This document shows positions 53,403 through 64,000 of a DNA stretch of 64,000 nt, piece after piece. The translations under genes were made by a program, and so were the position numbers. The stretch comes from Octopus vulgaris. Taxonomy: Eukaryota. Numbering within the stretch: the stretch's first letter is position 1; every line of letters starts with the position of its first letter. The notes beneath the pieces are model-generated. The model searched no databases. It was not told the DNA's origin and saw nothing but the letters and a program-made list of their open reading frames with translations. The DNA lies in the NCBI GenBank assembly GCA_951406725.2, contig OX597819.1, positions 132,432,001-132,496,000 on the forward strand. The letters are read 5' to 3'.

Positions 53403-53790
53403 TTAGAGACAAAACCACTATTATGCAAATCAAACAAAGAAAGACTTAATCCAATACATAAAAATTTTTATATAAATTAAATATAATTAAGATATCCACT
53501 TCATAGTTCAAAATTGCATAGAAGGTCTTGAAACCACCTGATGAATGTCCATTGAAGTGACAAGAAACGATCGTAGTGGATATCTTAATTATATTTAATT
53601 TATATAAAATTTTTTATGTATTGGATTAAGTCTCTCTTTGTTTGATTTGCATAATAGTGGTTTTGTCTCTAATTAATATTATATTATATTTTACTATAAA
53701 ATTGGATTCAATCCTAAATCTGATTTTTCCCTGTAAATTTGGATTTATTCCCTAATATTTATTTTATTGGATTTATTCCCTAATATTTAT
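53396..53790 (+). mobile_element. Probable PLE end: ~105-bp inverted repeat enclosing a hammerhead motif, set in (TA)n
   Basis: Arms 53396-53500 and 53575-53679 are reverse complements; a unique tail and (TA)n follow. Confidence 0.75.
53534..53579 (+). ncRNA. Minimal type I hammerhead ribozyme motif
   Basis: CCAC-CTGATGA-aTGTC cattgaagt GACAa-GAAACGATC-GTA-GTGG: stem I CCAC/GTGG, canonical core, palindromic stem III ACGATCGT, GUA triplet at 53573-53575. Confidence 0.8.
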
Positions 53791-54653
53791 TATATATATA
53801 TATATATATATATATACAAATATATACATACAAATATATACATACACACACATACTTCCCACAAATATTTATGTCGAATAAAACTCGATACATTTATCTC
53901 CTAGGGTTAAATGTATCAAGGCAAGAGGTGGACCAGTAAGACTAAGTTCTTATCGTTTCCTGATGGTATTGCTATGGCCGCTGTTCTAAACACCTTTGAA
54001 TCGGAAACTGAATGGTTGAAGAAACATCCAACGACTGTACGATATTCCAGGGCTTCCGGTGGTGGGTCTAATGTGGATACATCAGCGTCAAATAACCTTT
54101 CGCTCTCTCTTACAAAGGAGAGGACACGCATTGGACGGATCTGAAAATATAACGACGCGATGGTCAAGGTTGGAATCTGTTTAATCATAGATATACTACA
54201 CCAGGTTTAATTTAGAGTGAAACGATAATACCAACAAAAACAGCAGCAGCAGCGACGATGGCAACATCAACATTAACCAAACAACCTTTGTACATCGGTG
54301 ATGCGAACTGCTGACATTTCGGCTGTTAAAAGTATCACGTGACAAATGAAGATGTTTGAAAATAACGCTAAATCTCGATGAAGAATTTCATTGGGAACAG
54401 TTTCACTTTATTTGACTGGGATTTTTCCGAGAGATCCTTTAGGAAAACTCGAATCTTGGATCGACAAACTGAACGGCTACATCAGTCAAACTAGTTAGAA
54501 TTAAGTCTCCAGATACGGAATATATTATTCCCTTGAGCTTTAAGCCTTAGTCCTTCTTCGCATTTTCCTTCTTCGCATTTTCCTGGGAAGATAAACGCTC
54601 AATGGTTTTCTAATGGTTCATATATTCCGTGTTACTAATCCTCACATATTCTG

Positions 54654-54693
<40 letters not shown>

Positions 54694-55525
54694 GGAGGGA
54701 GGGAGGGAGAGAGATATTCTAAATTTACTAACCTTCACATATTCTGTTTTACTAATCCTCGCATAATATTCTACATAATTAATTCTGCAATATTCAATAC
54801 CAGTAATCCTCACCTGTCCAATAATGGTTCAGTTTCCACATTGATTTTCTGATTGATTATCTTCTTTTAGTTTTTGATCGATTACCTACTACCCTTTGAT
54901 TGATTATCTACTTCAAGTTTTTGATTATCGGCTGCCATCAGTGAGAAACTAAAGTGCACAGCGTTCACACACGTCTCTACTCAGCTACACCGCAACACGA
55001 AACATATTTCTGTTCCACATTTCGAAAGACAGATGCAGTCTGACAGGCCAAAACAATTGCACTCGATACACGGCCTTGCGGTGCATCAATTGGAACTGCC
55101 TACGATTTTAATCACATACACACACACATACACACACACACACATACACACACACACACATATATGTGAGGCACGTGTCATCAGTTATTACTCATGGTTG
55201 GCAGTTGGTGACTTTTATGTAGTAAAACAAAAAACAAGCGAAACACGCGACTGAGGTGAAGGCAGATTTACTTCTGCCTTTATATCACGTAAAGAAAACG
55301 TTGTTGTAGGAGTATTGTTGTAGGAGTGTACGCAGCATGTGTACTACAGCAGTTCTAAGCGTAGCTTTAATACCGAGATTGAAAAACTGGGGCAAATTAT
55401 GCCCACCTAATCTTCAAAAAATAAAATATTTTGCATTTTATGCATAGTAATCAGAGTAATGTTCATAAATTTATTGAATTATTTTGCCATAAAAGGAAAA
55501 TGTTACTATCGATGTATTTTATACA

Positions 55526-55576
55526 AGGTAGGCAGAAGCACTGCCTACCTTGCCTACCTAGGCGGCACGTCCCTTA
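55526..55576 (-). mobile_element. GC-rich DNA-transposon-like terminus
   Basis: Minus strand AGGGACGTGCCGCCTAGGTAGGCAAGGTAGGCAG with a repeated TAGGCA subterminal motif; partner end not found. Confidence 0.4.
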
Positions 55577-55621
55577 TACACATTACATACATACATTCAC
55601 ATACATACATACATACATACA

Positions 55622-55652
<31 letters not shown>

Positions 55653-55708
55653 TTACATACATACATACATACATATATACATGCATACATACATACGTAT
55701 ATACATAC

Positions 55709-55739
<31 letters not shown>

Positions 55740-55984
55740 TATATATATACATATTCTCTTCTCTCCGAGATGCAAAGTTACCACGGAGGGAAGAGAATAC
55801 TTTTATATAGGGGCCAGCTTTCTACCTTTCTTTTCAAAAAGAGACTAACCAATAATTTAATTTCATGTAGAGAAAGGAAAAAATAAATAACAGAAACCTA
55901 AGCAAACTAATTTGGTCAATTGGCGACAAAAGCAATAGTCGCACATGCTCATTAAGTTATAGCATTCTCGCTCACTTCCGTTGT

Positions 55985-56240
55985 GTATGGCAGTGCTTGA
56001 AAGTAAAGTGTGTCGAGCGTGGTCGTCTCAAAAGAAGATCGAGCTTCAGCTACGGAAGAGGAAAACCTTTTGAAATCGTGGGTCCAAGGTTCAGTGGAAG
56101 ACTTCAACAAAAGGTTTCAAGACGACGACGCAATGCAAAAAGAATTCTAGCAATGCTTCTTGCATCAACCGAAACGACTCTGGATGAAGCGTGTGACTGC
56201 AGAAGATGGATTACTGCGAATGAGATTAAATGGAGGAATG
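55985..56240 (+). pseudogene. Decayed Myb/SANT-like DNA-binding domain fragment, possibly from a PIF/Harbinger element
   Basis: ATEEENLLKSW then, frameshifted, WKTSTKGFKTTTQCKKNSSN; resembles the WTxEExxxLxxxW..W..GFxRTxxQCKxKxxN pattern. Confidence 0.4.
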
Positions 56241-57438
56241 ATATGTTTTGGAGTTTTCTTTTTATAGCACCTGACCCAATATTTTTGATCAGATCTCGTA
56301 TTATACGTAATACAAATTTTCAACTATTAATGACAATAATCCGGCATTGGATTAACATGTTAATTTTTTGTATTTAAATGATTTAAAAAAATTAAATACT
56401 TTAATACAAAGTTTTAATAGGGATTATATGGTCACCATGAAAATCTGAGTGCTTTCGGATTTATCCGGAGGTTCCTGATATTTGGAATAAATATAAGAAC
56501 ATAAGCGACAGCATTGTCTTTTTCTTGGAATAGTTTGTAGTTATGAGCGAGGCGAGATGTTGATGGTTCGGTGATACGTGGCAGCGATTCTGCAGATGGT
56601 TTTAGGTTCTTCTGTGGCTGTGGGCCGACAAAAACACTCTTTCAATTCTCCTGGCCGCTGAGGCCAACGCCACATCCCCGGAGAGGGAGGAGAAAGAGAG
56701 AGGGAGAGGGAGAGGACCCAGGATTCGGCTTTTATCCTTTTTTCGCCTGAATTGGCTGGGGAAACGTGAAAAGAATCGAACGCACAAACTTATGATTGTG
56801 AGCCGAACACTCTAGTCACCATGCCACGCACTTTAACCGGTTTATATAGTGCAGAATATGAAAGTGACACACATATAACTCGACCATATTCGTTCGCTTT
56901 CAGACATTGCTGTTATATTAAAGCACACCTCTTCTATATTCATTATTTAGGAGATGTCATTTCTTACAGAATTACGATATATATAAATGTGATTTTTAGG
57001 AGAGGAATAATGTTATTGTCTGATATATTCGTCTTTCTGGGGTGCCGTAGCATTGGAAATCTCATAAAATATCGGTAACACACACACACACACGCGCGCA
57101 CAAACAGTAAAGCAATAGGGAAAGCAAGAGGTGGTGGAGGGCCGGGCTGGTTTATATATTATTATATGAAATATATATTGTTGACGGTGAGGAGTTGGTG
57201 AAGAGGTCTGGTGTACGGAGGAGTCTGCGACACGGTTCTGATTCTGTTTTGTTACCATTTCGCTGTATCGACATCGTTAATCCTCGCGGGAAAACAATCT
57301 CGAAGTCTACAATTCTCCCGTTTCCTTTTCTCCATTCTGCTAATGCATTCAATAAACACACATTTTGCCTTAGCTTTCTAACATTATGTACAATAAGGCA
57401 CGTTTATATATGTATATATATACATATATATATATGTA

Positions 57439-57495
<57 letters not shown>

Positions 57496-57763
57496 TGTTT
57501 ATGTATTGTATATAGACAGGATGTATTATCTTTGGGCCTTGGTTGCGTGTGTGGAAAGCAGGGTTGGAACTTACAATAGAAAGGGTGGCAACAAAATATC
57601 ACATGACATTTTTGCCCGATATTCTACCGATTCTGCCATCCAATTCCTTTCCACACCAAACGCGCACACATGTATATACATAATCGATATGAACGAATTT
57701 CAAAAGTATATACACTCATGTTTTGAGTTCTATGTTTACCTGTTTGCATCAACGAATATATAA

Positions 57764-58340
<577 letters not shown>

Positions 58341-59409
58341 TATTTTGCAAAAAGTACTTGATAGTGTCACAATATTTTAAAATTTTCTTAAAATTTAGTA
58401 TTTAAAAATGCTATAATACTCATGCGTACAAGTAGTGACAATTTTTCATGTATATTTATCCATATTTAGTAAACCTATCTATGTATGTAGCTATATGTGT
58501 GTGTATTTGTGCGTGTGCACACGTGTGTATGTGTGCGAGTGTGTGTGTATTTGATAACAATTTTACTCAACACACATACACACACACAAACACAAACACG
58601 CACACACACACTCACACACATTAACGCCAAGGCAACAGAATCCCCTCCGCCTCCCAAACATCTAATCTTATTATTGGAGAGAAACGAAATAGTTGAACTG
58701 CTATGTTTGAGGCAGAGCACAGCAGTGACGAGGCTATAGAAATGTGAGAGGTTACGGTCGTGTTGTGTATATATTTACATTACTAAATTCTGAATATATA
58801 ATCTTCTACAGGCAGGGAACATATGTACATTGAGGCATTGTATTTCTAACTGCAAAGATACGCTTTTTATTTTTAGCCGATTTAAAAACAACACGACAGA
58901 AAATCGATTTCTTTTATTTTATCGTATTTTGCAGTTTACCAAGGATTAAATGGAATAAAGTGTGAAGGATTTTTTTTCTTTGAATTTAAGATGAAGTATT
59001 AGATTACACGGAGAATATTTTTACAGAAAACTATATACAACTTTAAAATGGAAATAAAATGCTTTAAAAGAAATATAAAATCCGGTTACAATCTGTAAAT
59101 ATAACATATCTAAATCGGATTAGGAGAAGATGTAAATGACATTGCATAATATCAACAAAGGAGGAGAGGCTGTGCAAATATTGTGAACTTGGTAAAGTTT
59201 TTATGTAGGGGAGAGGCTAAACATCGGATTAGGAATAGTATGAACTTGACTGGTTCAAGTGGCATTTATTTCAGGATGTAACGAATTAAATAGCTAGACT
59301 TGTGCATTTAAAAGGCGCACATGTTATACACATAAACGCATATCAATGCATGTATGTATATATGTATACACACATTCTGATGTGTGTATGTGTACGCGTA
59401 TACTTTTTG

Positions 59410-59771
59410 TCTGTAAAGGTCGTTTGCCAAACTACAACGGCGCCACCCTTGTCGACCGGTCTGTGTCACTGTTTACGACCCTTCCGGAAGCCTTCCCTTC
59501 AACCCACTTTTACCTTCGTCTACTTTCCTGCTTTAGTCCATTCTACTTCCACTTCTCTCACCCAGTTTCTCGACCTTCATACTTCCTGTCCACGCATGGC
59601 GCTCCGTGGTCCTGCGCTCCATATTTGTTACAAGCGGCTTATTTAACTCAGAGATGCAAAACTCTGCTGTCTTTCTTCAATTGCGATCCTCTCAATTTTT
59701 CTTGAAGAACGACTTTTTCCAAAACGTTAGATTTCCATTATCCACTGAAAGTTTGTCATTTTACTACATAC

Positions 59772-59843
<72 letters not shown>

Positions 59844-59985
59844 TCTCCCTTGACTTTTCCTTACGACTCGACGAATGACTATGTCCGAAACGTTACACTT
59901 TTACTCAATAGCGTTTACTCTGTTACCTTTTTGCTCTTTTTTCAGCCTCAACTTAATATTAACTGTGAACATGCTAAACACTTTT
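59410..59985 (+). mobile_element. Possible decayed PLE 3' end with hammerhead variant, interrupted by (CA)n
   Basis: TCGACGA-aTGAC tat GTC-CGAAACGTTA at 59868-59895, preceded by coding-like decayed sequence. Confidence 0.4.
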
Positions 59986-60016
59986 GTTGTTTGTTTTTTT
60001 TTCATTTGATTTGTTT

Positions 60017-60061
<45 letters not shown>

Positions 60062-60085
60062 ATATTACATTTATCTGCCTGTCTC

Positions 60086-60130
<45 letters not shown>

Positions 60131-60243
60131 TTATCTATCTGTCTATCTATCTTTCCATCTATCCATCTCTCTCTGTCTCTCTCTCTATCTATCTATATAC
60201 ATACATATATTACATACAAACTTGCATACGTACGCACACACAA

Positions 60244-60286
<43 letters not shown>

Positions 60287-60753
60287 GAGACATAGTGTAC
60301 CGTTATTCGTCCGATCAACAAATCTGTTCAATCCAGCAAGAAATAGGTATAATTTAATAAATACAGGTTTTAAAATGAGCTATAAGGTTTCATGCTCAGA
60401 TAGTACAATGATCGGATGAGCTTATATAGCGTGCATTGTGCTGTCCTGCAATCTATAATTATGGCTGTTCTCTGAGAAAGAACGAAGAAACGGGGGAAAA
60501 GCAGTTATATTGCAGGACAGTACACGGAACGCTACACAAGTTCGTCCGATTATTATATTATATGAGCATGAAACTTATAATACATCATTAGTAAATCCTT
60601 CGTTATCAAATAATATTATACAACTAAATTTGTTCTTCTCTTAGCTATTTTTGTTACAATAGTGACAACATGAATTTCTTCCATCCTCTTTCTCTGTTAA
60701 AATAGTTTAAAAAATTATATTAACGTATCTTGTCTGTTGAACTTCCATATTTG

Positions 60754-60839
60754 TGCAGCTGAAGATAGCGCTGTATTTAAATTGATGTAATGGTTGCATT
60801 GTTCAAGTAGATGGAGCCGCTTGAAACGGTCGTACTGCA
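60754..60839 (+). ncRNA. Type I hammerhead ribozyme motif with long loop 2
   Basis: TGCAG-CTGAAGA-tAGCG..~47 nt..CGCTt-GAAACGGTC-GTA-CTGCA; followed ~110 nt later by (TA)n. Confidence 0.72.
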
Positions 60840-60981
60840 TTACTAATTGAAATCCTATCTTGAATTTATTCACCTTACTTCGAACTGCGCGGATAATACC
60901 GAACTGACTTGGTACTTCAACTTAAGTACCTAATTCAACTGAATCTTAATTACATATATATACATATATATATATATATTA

Positions 60982-61037
<56 letters not shown>

Positions 61038-61099
61038 GTATATATATAATATATATATATTATATATATATATATAATATATATGTGTGTGTGTATATT

Positions 61100-61981
61100 T
61101 ACGAGGTATGATCAATAAGTATCCGGACTGTTGCCATTGTAACGAAGCTAAACCAAGCGGACTAAAGCCGCTTGGCAAAGATTGGCCTTCAACTCTGCTG
61201 TGAATGCACTGTAAGTTTTAGCGTTGCAGCTCACTTCCGCTGTTTTACAGCAGTGCGTGTGATCGTTGCGTTGACCACGACAGGGGAAGTTGTTATGGCG
61301 ATATCTGTTCAGAGGCCTGCGCAAAATTGCAGAAAGTGTCTGGAGAGGGGAGTGTATGAGCCGCACACAAGTGTACGAGTGGTTATGACGTTTTCCAAGA
61401 TGGCCAAAAAATGTCGATATTGACGAAAGTTCTCGAAGACCCGCAACCTGCAGAACTGAGGAAAACATCGCAGATGTGCGTGCAGCTGAGAGGGGAAATC
61501 GTCGAATCCCCATCTGTGAGTTATCAGAGGATGTGCAGATTAGTTACGGTTCAGTTCAGTCCATTTTCACTGAAGATTTGGGTGTGAGACGCGTGGCTGT
61601 CAAGTTTGTGCTAAAACTGCTTTCAGCTGACCAAGAAGACACTCGGGTTTCGTTTGCAAAAAGTATCCTTGATTGTATTGAGAATGATGAAAACTTTTTG
61701 AAAACTTTGCGTCGGTCTCTGAGCAGGTATCGCAAAGCTTTTGGCAAAATTTAATGCAGATTTTCTGGCCAACTCTCTCTGTCATGGTCAGTCCGACTAT
61801 CACACGTAACAGACCTTCCTTCCAAGCACTGCTGTAAATAGCGAAAGTAAGTTAGAACGTTGAAACTTAGTGCACCTGCACAACAGAATTTAAGGTCAAT
61901 CTGTGCCAACCGGCTTTACTCTCCGTGCTTTAGCCTCGTTACTATAGCAAGAGTCCGGATACATATTGATCAGATCACGTA
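61100..61981 (+). mobile_element. Non-autonomous mariner element with TIRs and a deleted transposase
   Basis: TACGAGGTATGATCAATAAGTATCCGGACT ... AGTCCGGATACATATTGATCAGATCACGTA; transposase HTH remnants SRTQVYEW..RRPATCRTEENI..ISYGSVQSIFTEDLGVRRVAVKFVLKLL. Confidence 0.9.
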
Positions 61982-61997
61982 TATATACATAAATACT

Positions 61998-62039
<42 letters not shown>

Positions 62040-62083
62040 TATATATGCATATATATATGCACACACACACACACACACACACA

Positions 62084-62115
<32 letters not shown>

Positions 62116-62162
62116 TATATACACACACACACACACACGCACACACACATATATATATATAT

Positions 62163-62345
62163 AAAATAGAAATATTACATTTCTAAATATCTGAGAGAGA
62201 TATAAGCAGTGGTGGTACGATAGAGCAGTTGTATACTGTCAACTGAATGGGACTGTCCCATTCAGTTGACAGTATACAACTGCTCTATCGTACCACCACT
62301 GCTGATATCTCTCTGAGATACTTAGAAATGTAATATTTCTATTTT
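62163..62345. repeat. Near-perfect palindrome (~91-bp arms, 1-nt centre) adjacent to (TA)n
   Basis: AAAATAGAAATATTACATTTCTAA..ATGGGAC t GTCCCAT..TTAGAAATGTAATATTTCTATTTT. Confidence 0.93.
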
Positions 62346-62427
62346 TTGTGATCAGTGGATTTATTTCACTGGAATTATTATATATGTTTACAAGGTCTAC
62401 ATAAGCATCTGCAGCTAGCAGACCATG

Positions 62428-62478
<51 letters not shown>

Positions 62479-62546
62479 ATATATATATATAATATATATA
62501 TATATATATAATATATATATAATATATATATATGTGTGTGTATATT

Positions 62547-62625
62547 TACGAGGTATGATTAATAAGTATCGGGACTGTTGCCATTGTAACGAAGCTAAAG
62601 CCGTTTGGCAAAGATTGACCTTGAA
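62547..62625 (+). mobile_element. Second copy of the mariner left end
   Basis: Near-identical to 61100-61190 and preceded by the same GTGTGTGTATATT flank. Confidence 0.85.
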
Positions 62626-62870
62626 ATCTGCAAAGCAGATGCTAAAAATTATATGCTTATCTCTCTGACCTCACACATCAGCAAAGTCATGGAACGAATA
62701 GTCCGCAAGAAACTAATCATGTTCCTTGAAGAAAATGACTTGCTGACTGATAACCAGCATGGATTTCGACCAAGTAGAAGCTGCCTAACACAGCTCCTGC
62801 AACACTATGACTGGGTGTTAAAACAGCTACTAAATGGCTCAAATGTGGATGTCATATATCTCGACTTACT
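62626..62870 (+). mobile_element. CR1/L2-group LINE RT fragment
   Basis: NYMLISLTSHISKVMERIVRKKL..LEENDLLTDNQHGFRPSRSCLTQLL..VDVIYLD. Confidence 0.88.
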
Positions 62871-63206
62871 CTTGCTATAGTAAAATAACCAACTTAAGGG
62901 ATAGAATTACTTGTTTGTTCCCTATTATTTTGTTGAGAATAGTAATATTCCTACCTTGTTTATAAATATTCAAATTAAAAACCACAAAATGGAGATGTAG
63001 AGTTAATATTAACAGCAAAAATTCAACATGTTTCCTTACACCTGTTTTGATTTTACCCAAGTGAATTAAATTCCAGTAATTAAAACATTCTTTGGGTCAA
63101 AATCTTGTTAGTGGAGTAAAAGAAGTAAAAAAAAGACATGTCGTTAGTTTATTAACGTTATTCTTCCAAAACATCCCAACAGACTGAATTTGAACATTTT
63201 ACATAC

Positions 63207-63256
<50 letters not shown>

Positions 63257-64000
63257 TTATGCTTGTATTCATATGTGAGCGTGTGTGTTATAAATTTGAA
63301 GTACTTTCTTCATGGATCCAGATCCATAAGGTCGATATTTCTTTCTGCAGATTTAATGGTCGCTTTAATAACTCTAATTTATCGCAGGAAACTCTTCTGT
63401 ACAAGGATACGGGGACACAACAACGTGAGCCTGGAAGATACGAAACCCTGTTGTATATATCAGTTGTTGAGCAAGTTGTCAATTTTAAGGTACTGAGGCA
63501 ATAGTGTCAGCATATGTTATATGACTACGTCCACCTACGTATATTGCATAACCATTTCAATGTGTTAACAGAACCTGTGGTCGTCAATTCACTGGGGTCT
63601 CTTTGCAAGACGAACTCAAGAAAAAATTGACTAGTTTCGACTTGTTATTGCCATCATATCGGGAGAGTTTATTTGTGTTCCAACAAAAGAGTGAGAGAGA
63701 GAGAGAGAGAGGAAGAGAGAAAGAAAGAGAGAGAGAAAGAGAGAGAGAGAAATGGAGAGAGACTGAAAGAGCATGAGAGAGAACTAGTAACTTGTAGTTT
63801 ATTTGTAAAACAATGCAACGAGGAACTGGCGCCAATTTTACAAATTTGCATATCATTTCCTTCAATGGAAAATTATAAAATAACTAAATTAAAATGGTAA
63901 GTCAGCGGTGTGTGGATAAATTATGTATAAGTCCACCTACGTATGTGTGGTAAACCTACGTTCAGCATTGATGTGTAAATAGAACGCGTGGGTAAATGAC

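Overview
AT-rich, microsatellite-dense animal genomic DNA. The SINE families and simple-repeat load resemble octopod cephalopod genomes (inference, not tested). I find no intact host protein-coding gene, and most of the ORF track is translated simple repeat. The window is a patchwork of mobile-element remains: Tc1/mariner elements, a Helitron-like and a Helentron-like non-autonomous element, R4/Dong LINEs nested in (AAT)n, RTE LINE tails with C2H2 fingers in (TATG)n, CR1/Jockey-type RT fragments, several tRNA-derived SINE families, and probable Penelope-like (PLE) ends in (TA)n that carry minimal type I hammerhead ribozyme motifs and long palindromes. The most notable observation is a heavily decayed, apparently intron-containing minus-strand coding relic at ~1900-6438. 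Its translated fragments follow RAG1 domain order: N-terminal RxCG...HxxxxCxxC zinc motif, RING-like segment, DDE core, and a possible C-terminal tail. This makes it a candidate RAG1-like (RAG1L/Transib lineage) transposase fossil. All protein alignments were made by eye against remembered family consensus sequences and need confirmation by search. Most element boundaries are approximate.
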